A DNA stretch of 32,000 bases from Sinorhizobium meliloti (GCF_017876815.1 NZ_JAGIOS010000002.1:1050001-1082000); one strand, 5' to 3'; shown: positions 1-7,877, counted from the first letter of the stretch. The notes: generated from the sequence alone by a model not told the origin. A program made the numbers and translations.

Positions 1-270
1 CATGAGGTTATTGCGGAGGCGCGCGGCGAAGGCATTCTCGCCCGGCTTCAGGAGAGCGGCGTCCAGGTGCTGCCGGACCTCTGCTGGTGTTCGATCTCCG
101 AGCCTGTGTTCCCGACCCGTACCCGGGCGGTCATGACCAATTCCGGCAAATATGCCCATTACGGTCCCGGTCTTTCAGGCCGCACAGTACGCTTCGGCAG
201 CCTTGCCGATTGCGTCGCCGCGGCCTTGACGGGGCGCGTCCCGCCCCAGCTGCCGGACTGGCTTTCCTGA
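1..270 (+). CDS. 3' end of an aconitase X (AcnX/DUF521) catalytic-domain gene, truncated by the window edge; possibly a cis-3-hydroxy-L-proline dehydratase
   Basis: Frame 1 is open from nt 1 to the TGA at 268-270. The tail ...[46 protein letters not shown] matches the conserved DUF521 C-terminus as I remember it. The next gene belongs to the proline-racemase family. Confidence 0.6.
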   Translation, partial: HEVIAEARGEGILARLQESGVQVLPDLCWCSISEPVFPTRTRAVMTNSGKYAHYGPGLSGRTVRFGSLADCVAAALTGRVPPQLPDWLS

Positions 271-321
271 GGCGCGGCGGACGTTCGTAACCGCGCTGGC
301 TTTTGAAACGAGGAGTTCGCG

Positions 322-1350
322 ATGCGCAGCACCAAGACCATTCATGTCATTTCAGCCCATGCCGAGGGTGAAGTGGGCGACGTGATCGTCGGCGGTGTCG
401 CGCCTCCGCCGGGCGATACGATCTGGGAGCAGAGCCGCTGGATCGCCCGCGAACAGACCCTGCGCAACTTCGTCCTGAACGAGCCGCGCGGCGGCGTCTT
501 CCGCCATGTCAATCTCCTGGTGCCGCCCAAGCATCCCGACGCGGATGCTGCCTTCATCATCATGGAGCCGGAAGATACGCCGCCCATGTCCGGCTCCAAC
601 TCGATCTGCGTTTCAACCGTGCTGCTCGACAGCGGCATCCTGCCGATGAAGGAGCCGGTGACGGAGATCACGCTCGAAGCGCCCGGCGGTCTCGTTCGCG
701 TGCGCGCGGAGTGCCGTGACGGCAAGGCCGAACGCATCTTCGTCGAGAACCTGCCGAGCTTTGCCGAGCGGCTGGACGCGAAGCTGGAGGTCGAGGGGCT
801 CGGGACACTCACAGTCGACACCGCCTATGGCGGCGACAGTTTCGTGATCGTGGATGCTGCCGCAATGGGCTTCGCCCTGAAGCCGGACGAGGCGCACGAC
901 ATCGCCCGGCTCGGCGTGAGGATCACCAATGCGGCAAATGCCAAGCTCGGTTTCCATCATCCGGAAAACCCCGACTGGCGGCATTTCTCCTTCTGCCTCT
1001 TTGCCGGTCCCGTGGAGCGCACGGCGGAAGGCCTGCGGGCGGGTGCTGCAGTCGCGATCCAGCCGGGCAAGGTCGACCGTTCGCCGACCGGGACGGCACT
1101 CTCGGCACGCATGGCCGTGCTGCATGCGCGCGGCCAGATGGGGCTCTCGGACCGGCTGACGGCGGTTTCGCTGATCGGCTCCACCTTCTCCGGCCGCATC
1201 CTGGGCACCACCGAAATCGGCGGCCGGCCGGCCGTGCTGCCGGAAATCTCCGGCCGCGCCTGGATTACCGGCACCCATCAGCACATGCTCGACCCGTCGG
1301 ACCCCTGGCCCGAGGGCTACCGGCTGACCGACACGTGGGGTGCGCGCTGA
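322..1350 (+). CDS. Proline racemase / hydroxyproline epimerase / hydroxyproline dehydratase family protein, with Ser/Thr at the two catalytic positions
   Basis: 342-aa ORF with a GAGGAG Shine-Dalgarno sequence about 7 nt upstream. Family motifs are present: [19 protein letters not shown] (normally MCGH) and [12 protein letters not shown] (normally DRSPCGTG). Confidence 0.85.
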   Translation: MRSTKTIHVISAHAEGEVGDVIVGGVAPPPGDTIWEQSRWIAREQTLRNFVLNEPRGGVFRHVNLLVPPKHPDADAAFIIMEPEDTPPMSGSNSICVSTVLLDSGILPMKEPVTEITLEAPGGLVRVRAECRDGKAERIFVENLPSFAERLDAKLEVEGLGTLTVDTAYGGDSFVIVDAAAMGFALKPDEAHDIARLGVRITNAANAKLGFHHPENPDWRHFSFCLFAGPVERTAEGLRAGAAVAIQPGKVDRSPTGTALSARMAVLHARGQMGLSDRLTAVSLIGSTFSGRILGTTEIGGRPAVLPEISGRAWITGTHQHMLDPSDPWPEGYRLTDTWGAR

Positions 1351-1433
1351 GTGGATTGGCGGCGGGTGGAAATCGGGCGCGTTTTGCGTCATTCGAACTA
1401 TGATGAACGCATCACGACAGGAAGGAAAATCGG

Positions 1434-1865
1434 ATGAAGGCACGTATCAAATGGGTCGAAGGCAGGACCTTCGTCGGGGAATCCGGAAGCGGCCACAAGG
1501 TCGTGCTCGGCACGGCCACCGGCCCGGATAGCCCGACACCGGGACCGAGCCCCATGGAAATGGTGCTGATCGGCACCGGCGGCTGCTCGGCTTTCGACGT
1601 CGTCCACATCCTCGAGAAGGGCCGCGAGGCGGTCGAGGATTGCGTGGTCGAGATGGATGCCGATCGGGCGGATCAGGACCCACGCGTATTCACCCGTATC
1701 CACATGCATTTCATCGTCAAGGGCCGTGGTCTGGCCGCCAAGAAGGTCGAGCGCGCGGTTGCCCTCTCCATCGAGAAATATTGCTCCGCATCCGCGATGC
1801 TCGCAAAGACGGCGACCATCACGCATGATTTCGAGGTGGTCGACACGTCGGATACGGCGGCCTGA
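1434..1865 (+). CDS. OsmC/Ohr family peroxiredoxin-like protein
   Basis: 143-aa ORF with an AGGAAGGA Shine-Dalgarno sequence upstream. It has OsmC-like length and motifs (PSPMEMVLIGTGGCSAFDV, LSIEKYCSASAML) and the two conserved cysteines. Confidence 0.85.
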   Translation: MKARIKWVEGRTFVGESGSGHKVVLGTATGPDSPTPGPSPMEMVLIGTGGCSAFDVVHILEKGREAVEDCVVEMDADRADQDPRVFTRIHMHFIVKGRGLAAKKVERAVALSIEKYCSASAMLAKTATITHDFEVVDTSDTAA

Positions 1866-1877
1866 CGGGGCGCCTCC

Positions 1878-2047
1878 GCCCCTCATCCGCCTGCCGGCGC
1901 CTTCTCCCCGTTTCGACGCCGTTTCACGGGGAGAAGGAACAAGCGGGTCGCTCCTCGCATCTCGTCGCGCAGAATAGGTCCGGAACCTTGCCGCTTGTCC
2001 CTTCGCCCGGCTTGCTGGCAGAAGGTGCCGGCAGGCGGATGAGGGGC
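1878..2047. repeat. Inverted pair of RIME-like Rhizobiaceae intergenic palindromic units
   Basis: GCCCCTCATCCGCCTGCCGGCGCC at 1878-1901 matches the reverse complement of 2024-2047 at 23 of 24 positions. Each unit carries its own hairpin: CCTTCTCCCCG (1900-1910) pairs with CGGGGAGAAGG (1927-1937), and there is a degenerate one at 2000-2025. A third unit lies at 7812-7860. Confidence 0.7.
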
Positions 2048-2266
2048 GTTCGAGAATTCCGCTGAGCGCCGCATGAATTCAACCGCATCAAGCGCAATGC
2101 AGCGTACAAAAATTTCCACTCCCATGTCGGCGCCTTCAGGCGCCGTTCGTCCTATTGTATGCGCGGCACAGCCGCAAACGGGAGAATGCCCTTGATTTGA
2201 TCGGCAATCCTTGCGTGGACTGAAAATGAATGCCGCGCCGGATTGCCCTGAGCGGAGACACGAGAA

Positions 2267-3661
2267 ATGATCGATGCGCATTATCGCTGGGTGATCGTTG
2301 CTGCCGGCGGCCTGCTCGGCTGCATTGCAATCGGTGCCATGTTTTCATTGCCGGTTTTCCTTGTGCCCATCTCGCGCGATACCGGATGGTCGGTGACCGG
2401 TATATCGAGTGCCATGACGGTGGGCTTCATCGCAATGGCCCTGGCAAGTATGGTCTGGGGTAGCGCTTCGGACCGCTGGGGCCCGCGCCCGGTCGTGCTG
2501 ATCGGTTCCGCGCTTCTTGCGGCGAGCCTGGCGCTTTCCAGCCTCGTGACATCGCTGATCGCATTCCAGCTCGTCTTCGGGGTGGTCGTCGGGGGGGCCT
2601 GTGCGGCGATATTCGCACCGATGATGGCTTGCGTGACAGGCTGGTTCGATACGCATCGCAGCCTTGCCGTATCTCTGGTGTCGGCCGGCATGGGAATGGC
2701 ACCCATGACCATGTCGCCGTTGGCCGGGTGGCTGGTTACGATCTACGACTGGCGGACATCGCTGCAGATCATAGCCGCCCTTGCCGCCGTCAAGATGATT
2801 CCGGCTGCGTTGCTGCTGCGCCGCCCGCCGGTCCTCGAAGATACAAATGCCGTCTCCGCAAGCGAAGGGCAGCCGGACATGTCCCTTGGACAGGCGCTGA
2901 GATCGCCGCAATTCGTCATATTGCTGCTGACGAACTTCTTTTGCTGCGCCACCCATTCCGGGCCGATTTTCCACACGGTGAGCTACGCCGTGAGCTGCGG
3001 GATCCCGATGATGGCCGCCGTTTCCATCTACAGCCTCGAGGGTCTGGCGGGAATGGGCGGCCGCGTCGCCTTCGGCGTCCTCGGAGACCGCTACGGCGCC
3101 AAGCGCATTCTGGTATCGGGGCTGCTGCTGCAGGCCTTCGGTGCGCTCGCCTATTTCTTCGTGCGCGATCTCGGCGCCTTCTACGCGGTGGCTGCCGTGT
3201 TCGGCTTCATCTATGCGGGCGTCATGCCGCTTTACGCCGTGATCGCCCGCGAGAATTTCCCGCTGCGCATGATGGGCACTGTCATCGGCGGCACGGCAAT
3301 GGCCGGCAGCCTCGGCATGGCAATCGGCCCGGTTGCCGGGGGACTGATCTACGACGTTTTTGCCAGCTACGGCTGGCTCTATATCGGCGCCTGGGGTCTC
3401 GGCATCGGTGCTTTCCTGATCGCACTGACCTTCAAGCCCTTCCCTAGGGAACGGCCGGCACTGGCTGCCGCCCGTTCCCTAGGGAACGGCCGGCACTGGC
3501 TGCCGCCTAACGCAACCGCGAGGAAAACCGTGCCACGGTTTTCCTCGTCGCCCTTACCGAATGGGCCGATCGGCTTCAGGCCTCATTGCGTACTGGGGCG
3601 GTCAAGCTGCAGCGAAAGCTGCACGCCGCGCTTGAGGGGCGGGAGCGGTATACCGACCTGA
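2267..3661 (+). CDS. MFS transporter (oxalate/formate-antiporter-like subfamily). The last ~51 codons look like a frameshift extension created by a tandem duplication.
   Basis: 464-aa ORF with many TM segments. The N-terminus YRWVIVAAGGLLGCIAIGAMFSLPVF and the SDRWGPRP motif are typical of this MFS group. With a single repeat copy the frame would end ...ALAAA-TAA (the TAA now at 3508-3510). Confidence 0.85.
   Translation: MIDAHYRWVIVAAGGLLGCIAIGAMFSLPVFLVPISRDTGWSVTGISSAMTVGFIAMALASMVWGSASDRWGPRPVVLIGSALLAASLALSSLVTSLIAFQLVFGVVVGGACAAIFAPMMACVTGWFDTHRSLAVSLVSAGMGMAPMTMSPLAGWLVTIYDWRTSLQIIAALAAVKMIPAALLLRRPPVLEDTNAVSASEGQPDMSLGQALRSPQFVILLLTNFFCCATHSGPIFHTVSYAVSCGIPMMAAVSIYSLEGLAGMGGRVAFGVLGDRYGAKRILVSGLLLQAFGALAYFFVRDLGAFYAVAAVFGFIYAGVMPLYAVIARENFPLRMMGTVIGGTAMAGSLGMAIGPVAGGLIYDVFASYGWLYIGAWGLGIGAFLIALTFKPFPRERPALAAARSLGNGRHWLPPNATARKTVPRFSSSPLPNGPIGFRPHCVLGRSSCSESCTPRLRGGSGIPT
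3440..3507. repeat. Perfect 33-bp direct repeat with 35-bp period (tandem duplication) inside the 3' end of the MFS gene
   Basis: TTCCCTAGGGAACGGCCGGCACTGGCTGCCGCC occurs at 3440-3472 and again at 3475-3507, separated by CG. Each copy contains the 12-bp palindrome TTCCCTAGGGAA. Confidence 0.95.
3519..3547. terminator. Strong stem-loop between convergent genes, a candidate bidirectional terminator
   Basis: CGAGGAAAACCGTG (3519-3532) is the exact reverse complement of CACGGTTTTCCTCG (3534-3547). It lies 9 nt after the TAA at 3508-3510. There is no clean T-tract on either side. Confidence 0.5.
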
Positions 3662-3768
3662 ATCCGTCCGAAGGTTTTTCTGCGCCACTCCTGTTCGCGC
3701 TCCCGCCGGCGTCTTGCCTGGGCGACGGCGGCCATGGCGCGCTCGATAACTTCCTCTGCATGGGTCAT
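3583..3768 (-). CDS. Hypothetical small basic protein (61 aa)
   Basis: ATG preceded by GGAGAG with a 6-nt spacer, and an AT-rich segment upstream. I recognise no family. It overlaps the extended MFS ORF tail by 79 nt. Confidence 0.35.
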   Translation of the reverse strand: MTHAEEVIERAMAAVAQARRRREREQEWRRKTFGRIQVGIPLPPLKRGVQLSLQLDRPSTQ

Positions 3769-3826
3769 GAGAGACTCTCCAGAATGTTCATGTTATGTTC
3801 TCATTCTGATTCATGAAAGTCAAGCC

Positions 3827-4009
3827 TCACCGGGGGAGCACGTCGGTCCGGGGCGGGTCCTTTTCGCCGGGCGGGTTCTGCGAGTCGTCCTCGGGACCCT
3901 TGTCGGGCTGGGGCTCGTTTGGCGGCGGATCGGGAATGCCGAGTGGCGGAACCGGGTTCGGCGGAATTATTCCCGGCCCGGGGCCGGGGCCGATCGGATC
4001 GGGCGTCAT
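3827..4009 (-). CDS. Hypothetical proline-rich small protein (60 aa)
   Basis: ATG preceded by AGAGGGAG with a 7-nt spacer, starting 14 nt after the stop of the upstream small ORF. GC3 is high, but the antisense Gly-rich frame shares the same third positions, so GC3 is not discriminating. Confidence 0.4.
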   Translation of the reverse strand: MTPDPIGPGPGPGIIPPNPVPPLGIPDPPPNEPQPDKGPEDDSQNPPGEKDPPRTDVLPR

Positions 4010-4023
4010 TGAAGAACTCCCTC

Positions 4024-4209
4024 TTACCGAGGTTCCGGCGCGTCGGCGATCGGCGGTGTGTAGACGACCGTTTCGGTTTCACCTTCCAGCATGGCGCCGC
4101 CGATCGCCAGATAGGCGAAGATGGCACATATCGCGAGCAGTATGAGACCTATCGGAAATGCGGCTGTGGCGCGCCTTTCGGGCATGTTGCGATCATCATG
4201 GGTCAACAT
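4024..4209 (-). CDS. Hypothetical small membrane protein (61 aa, one TM helix)
   Basis: An internal ATG at 4209 is preceded by GGGAG with a 6-nt spacer. The predicted TM segment is AAFPIGLILLAICAIFAYLAIGGAML. The 83-aa version in the ORF track has no Shine-Dalgarno sequence. Confidence 0.45.
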   Translation of the reverse strand: MLTHDDRNMPERRATAAFPIGLILLAICAIFAYLAIGGAMLEGETETVVYTPPIADAPEPR

Positions 4210-4386
4210 GGTGCACTCCCATACGGCTGCATGCTTCCGTATTTGGCGATTGAGGATAAGCACGCAGCACTCCAAGTGTTACAGGCACCCTTGCGCGCCG
4301 GATGAGGCGCGAGGCGCTGTCATCATGGGAGAACGAAACCGGCGTTCACCGGTTCCAAAGCCCGGCGACGGAAAGACGAGGGCGCG

Positions 4387-5247
4387 TCAGTCTTCCGGCA
4401 TGCCCGCAGAACCGATACGGGCAAACATCTCTGCGAGCGCCGGCCCCTGGAGTAACGGAACCGACAGCGGCAGAAGCGCAGCCGTAACCGTGCGGACGAG
4501 GTCGGCGTTGGAGCCGGCGGCGGTTCCTTCCGGAAGCCAGAGATTGTTTTCGAAGCCGACGCGGACATGGCCGCCGAGGAGCGCCGCGACTGTGACGCAG
4601 GCCGCCTCGTGACGGCCGAAGGCGCAGACGCTCCAATGGGTGAAGGCGGGCATGTCCGGCGCCAGGAAAGGCAGCAGGTCACGGGGGAGGGACCTCTGGC
4701 CCGGCGTATAACGGCCGAGTACGTAAAGTACGGGAATGTCGTCGCGGGAAAGCAGACCTCGTCGCCGCATGCCGTCCAATCGCACCGCCTCCTCCGGATC
4801 GTAGAGGATGATCTGCGGCGTGACCTTCTCCCGGGCCGCCCACGACAGAAGATCCGCAAAGGCAGCCTCGTGCGTTTCGTCCGGGACCAACTCTCTGAGC
4901 GCCAGAGACACGGCCTCGGGCCGGACCGCCTTCACGACGGCGATCTGCTCGCCCGGCGAATAGATGCCCAGCGCCTCGCTGGTGATCTGAATCACCATGC
5001 GATCGCCTACGGCAGCCCGGATCGCTGCGGTCGCGGCGCGGTAGGCGTCGGCATCGAGAAGATGGCTTCCGTCCCCCTTGCGCACGTGAACGTGGATCAT
5101 CGCCGCGCCGGCATCGAGGCAGTCGCGTGCGGTAAGCGCCAGTTCTTCCGGGGTCAGCGGTATGGCGGGATGGTCGGCCTTCGTCCGGCGCCCGCCATTC
5201 GGCGCGACCGCGATCGAAATCCCCTGCAAAGCATCGCCTGCGTTCAT
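4387..5247 (-). CDS. 3-keto-5-aminohexanoate cleavage enzyme family protein (BKACE, DUF849)
   Basis: 286-aa ORF. The N-terminus ISIAVAPNGGRRTKADHPAIPLTPEELALTARDCLDAGAAMIHVHVR is the typical BKACE TIM-barrel signature. Confidence 0.9.
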   Translation of the reverse strand: MNAGDALQGISIAVAPNGGRRTKADHPAIPLTPEELALTARDCLDAGAAMIHVHVRKGDGSHLLDADAYRAATAAIRAAVGDRMVIQITSEALGIYSPGEQIAVVKAVRPEAVSLALRELVPDETHEAAFADLLSWAAREKVTPQIILYDPEEAVRLDGMRRRGLLSRDDIPVLYVLGRYTPGQRSLPRDLLPFLAPDMPAFTHWSVCAFGRHEAACVTVAALLGGHVRVGFENNLWLPEGTAAGSNADLVRTVTAALLPLSVPLLQGPALAEMFARIGSAGMPED

Positions 5248-5263
5248 GTGGGCACCATCGAGT

Positions 5264-5281
5264 ATGATTTTCAGAAATCAT
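5264..5281. promoter_or_regulatory. 18-bp palindrome in the divergent BKACE/RpiR promoter region, a candidate RpiR operator
   Basis: ATGATTT-TCAG-AAATCAT has perfect 7-bp arms. It sits in the 91-bp AT-richer region between the divergent start codons at 5247 and 5339. Confidence 0.35.
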
Positions 5282-5338
5282 AAAGTTGCACACTGAAACA
5301 TTCGTTGCAATGGTCATGAGATCGTTGTTAAATGAAGC

Positions 5339-6229
5339 ATGGACAAGGGGCCGCTCAGCGACGCGATCATCACCGCCTTCGACGGGCTTTCGTCGCAATT
5401 GCGGACGGCGGCCCGCTATATCGTCGACCATCCCCGCGACGTCGCTCTTCTCTCCATGCGCGAGCAGGCGCGCCAGGCGGGGGTGCAGCCCGCGACGATG
5501 ACCCGCCTTGCCAAGCAACTCGGTTTCGATGGTTACGATGCCATCCGCGAACGTTATGCCGAGGCGTTGCGGGAGGGTGATGCCGGATTTGCCGGAAAGG
5601 CCGGCGAGCAGGCCCGAAGCCAGAAGCTGAGGGGCGACCACGCGCTCGCAGCCGATATGTTGCGCACGATCGGGACGCAGATTTCGCGGCTCGCAGAACC
5701 GGCTGCGCTCGACCGCATCGTTGCAGCGGCCACGCGGCTTGCCCGTGCCCGGCGGGTCTACTGCCTCGGGCTGCGCTCGAGCCACGCGGTCGCCTGGCAG
5801 TTCCACTATATTCTTTCGCTGGTCGGCGAAAAATCCGTGATGCTGGACGGCATCGGCGGCACCGGCGCGGATGCCGTCGGACGTGCCACGAGCGCAGACG
5901 TGCTGCTCGTGGCCAGCGTTCTTCCCTATACACGGGCGACGATCGAAATTGCCGAATATGCTCGGGACAACGGCGTACCGGTCGTCGCGGTGACCGACAG
6001 CGAAGTGGCGCCGCTTGCGCAGATCGCCGAGGCGATCATCGTCGTGCCGACCGAAAGTCCTTCCTTCCTGCACGCCATGGCGCCCGCCTTTGCCGTCGCC
6101 GAAGTGCTCGGCGCGCTCATCGCAGGCCGGGGCGGCGAAGCGACGCTCGCGGCTCTGGAGCGCTTCGACGGGCAGCTCGCGGCGCTGAACACTCATCTCC
6201 AATCCCGCAACTCCAAGAGAGCGCCATGA
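5339..6229 (+). CDS. MurR/RpiR family transcriptional regulator (HTH_6 plus SIS domain)
   Basis: 296-aa ORF. The N-terminus LSSQLRTAARYIVDHPRDVALLSMREQARQAGVQPATMTRLAKQLGFDGY is an RpiR HTH, and the C-terminal half is SIS-like. Confidence 0.9.
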   Translation: MDKGPLSDAIITAFDGLSSQLRTAARYIVDHPRDVALLSMREQARQAGVQPATMTRLAKQLGFDGYDAIRERYAEALREGDAGFAGKAGEQARSQKLRGDHALAADMLRTIGTQISRLAEPAALDRIVAAATRLARARRVYCLGLRSSHAVAWQFHYILSLVGEKSVMLDGIGGTGADAVGRATSADVLLVASVLPYTRATIEIAEYARDNGVPVVAVTDSEVAPLAQIAEAIIVVPTESPSFLHAMAPAFAVAEVLGALIAGRGGEATLAALERFDGQLAALNTHLQSRNSKRAP

Positions 6230-7569
6230 CCCATCTTCTCCACCGCGCCATCCACGCGAAGCTGCCGGTCGCCGTCCGCGGCGAAGGCATCAGGCTCTTC
6301 GATGCCGAGGGCAGGGCCTATATCGACGCCTCCGGGGGAGCCGCCGTCTCCTGCCTCGGTCACGCTCATCCGGATGTGCTCGCCGCGCTCCACGCGCAGC
6401 TCGACCGTATGGCCTATGCCCATACCGGCTTCTTCACCACCGAGGCGGCGGAACGGCTTGCCGACCGCCTCGTCGCCGATGCGCCCGACGGGCTCGATCA
6501 CGTCTATCTGGTGAGCGGCGGATCGGAAGCGGTCGAGGCGGCGCTGAAAATGGCCCGGCAGTATTTCGTGGAGAAGGGGGAGCCGCAACGCCGCCACATC
6601 ATCGCCCGGCGCCAGAGCTATCACGGCAACACGCTTGGCGCCTTGGCGGCCGGGGGCAACGAGTGGCGGCGCGCTCAATTCCGGCCGTTGCTCGTCGAAA
6701 CCCACCACATCGATCCATGCTTTGCCTATCGGCTGCAGCAGGCCGGCGAGAGCGACACGGACTATGCCGCGCGTGCCGCGGGTCAGCTCGAGGCCAAGAT
6801 CCTCGAATTGGGCGCCGATCAGGTGATCGCCTTCGTCGCCGAGACGGTGGTGGGCGCCACGGCCGGGGCGGTCCCGCCCGTCGCCGACTACCTGAAGCGC
6901 GTTCGGGCGATCTGCGACAAATACGGCGTGCTGCTGATCCTCGACGAGGTGATGTGCGGCATGGGCCGCACCGGGACGCTGCATGCCTGCGAACAGGACG
7001 GCGTCGTCCCGGATCTCATGACCATCGCCAAGGGGCTCGGAGGCGGCTATCAGCCGGTCGGCACGGTACTGCTGTCCTCCGCGATCTTCCAGGCCTTCTC
7101 CGAAGGGTCGGGTTCCTTCCAGCACGGCCATACCTATATGGGCCACCCGATGGCAGCGGCGGCCGGCCTTGCCGTGCAGGAAGTGATCCGCCGGGACGGG
7201 CTGCTCGAAAACGTCGTGTCGATGGGCGATTATCTCGAAAGATGCCTGGTCGAGCGGCTCGGCAATCACCACCACGTCGGCGACATTCGCGGCCGCGGCC
7301 TCTTCCGTGCCGTCGAGCTTGTCGCCGACAGGGCGACGAAGTCCCCCTTCGATCCCGGCCTGAAGCTCAATGCCCGGATCAAGAAGGAAGCCATGGCACG
7401 GGGCCTGATGGTCTATCCGATGGGCGGCACGATCGACGGGCAACGCGGCGACCACGTCCTCCTGGCGCCGCCCTTCATCCTTAACCGGGAAGATGTCGGC
7501 CAGATCGTGGAGCGCCTCGGCGATGCCGTCGATGCGGCGATTGCCTCGCTCACGAAAGCTGCGGGTTAG
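6226..7569 (+). CDS. Class III (omega-type) pyridoxal-phosphate aminotransferase
   Basis: 447-aa ORF with motifs SGGSEAVEAALKMAR, DEVMCGMGRTG and TIAKGLGGGY (PLP lysine). Its ATG overlaps the RpiR stop as ATGA at 6226-6229. Confidence 0.9.
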   Translation: MTHLLHRAIHAKLPVAVRGEGIRLFDAEGRAYIDASGGAAVSCLGHAHPDVLAALHAQLDRMAYAHTGFFTTEAAERLADRLVADAPDGLDHVYLVSGGSEAVEAALKMARQYFVEKGEPQRRHIIARRQSYHGNTLGALAAGGNEWRRAQFRPLLVETHHIDPCFAYRLQQAGESDTDYAARAAGQLEAKILELGADQVIAFVAETVVGATAGAVPPVADYLKRVRAICDKYGVLLILDEVMCGMGRTGTLHACEQDGVVPDLMTIAKGLGGGYQPVGTVLLSSAIFQAFSEGSGSFQHGHTYMGHPMAAAAGLAVQEVIRRDGLLENVVSMGDYLERCLVERLGNHHHVGDIRGRGLFRAVELVADRATKSPFDPGLKLNARIKKEAMARGLMVYPMGGTIDGQRGDHVLLAPPFILNREDVGQIVERLGDAVDAAIASLTKAAG

Positions 7570-7811
7570 AGCAACGCTCAGTAACCGCATCGTGCATCAG
7601 CGCACGTCTTGCTGGTGCTGCTCTCGGGCGATGCGCTGCCGAACTTGCGGAGAGTGCCTTGTGGCCAATGCTGGCGGTCGTCTCCTCGGCAATGTGGCCA
7701 GGCAACTGAAGGCTTGATCTCACGCTTGTTTCTCGTTTCCATCCCTCACGCGGCATGCACTCAGCCCCCGACGAACCGGTTGCGGAGAGGTCGCGAGCGG
7801 GTGCCGCGAAT

Positions 7812-7860
7812 CCCTTCGCCCCGCTTGCGGGGAGAAGGCCGCGGCAGCGGGATGAGGGGC
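7812..7860. repeat. RIME-like intergenic palindromic unit (third copy)
   Basis: CCCTTCGCCCCGCTTGCGGGGAGAAGGCCGCGGCAGCGGGATGAGGGGC is closely similar to 1999-2047 and to the reverse complement of the unit starting at 1878. It has an internal hairpin at 7813-7838. Confidence 0.65.
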
Positions 7861-7877
7861 AATCGCGTATAACAGCT

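Noticed and set aside
3440-3507. Possible CRISPR-like or regulatory direct repeats
   Set aside because: There are only two copies separated by 2 bp, inside a coding region, with no spacers and no cas genes. A simple tandem duplication explains them better.
3813-4145. 110-aa Gly-rich plus-strand ORF opposite the Pro-rich and TM small ORFs
   Set aside because: It shares third-codon positions with the minus-strand Pro-rich ORF, so GC3 does not separate them. It has no Shine-Dalgarno sequence, its second half has poor GC3, and it would run antisense through a TM-encoding ORF that does have one. I kept the minus-strand calls, at low confidence.
4679-6202. 507-aa minus-strand ORF spanning the BKACE 5' part, the divergent promoter and the RpiR gene
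   Set aside because: It crosses an obvious intergenic promoter region and runs out of frame or antisense through two well-supported genes. The composition is Arg-rich and low-complexity.
6193-7590. 465-aa minus-strand ORF covering the whole aminotransferase gene
   Set aside because: It is the antisense frame of a gene with unmistakable class-III aminotransferase motifs. Its translation is Arg/Gly/Asp/His-rich with no family resemblance, which is typical of long shadow ORFs in GC-rich DNA.
7609-7872. 87-aa plus-strand ORF in the aminotransferase/AhpD-like convergent gap
   Set aside because: Its C-terminal part (SPRLRGEGRGSGMRG) is simply the translation of the RIME-like repeat, and the rest has no coding signal.
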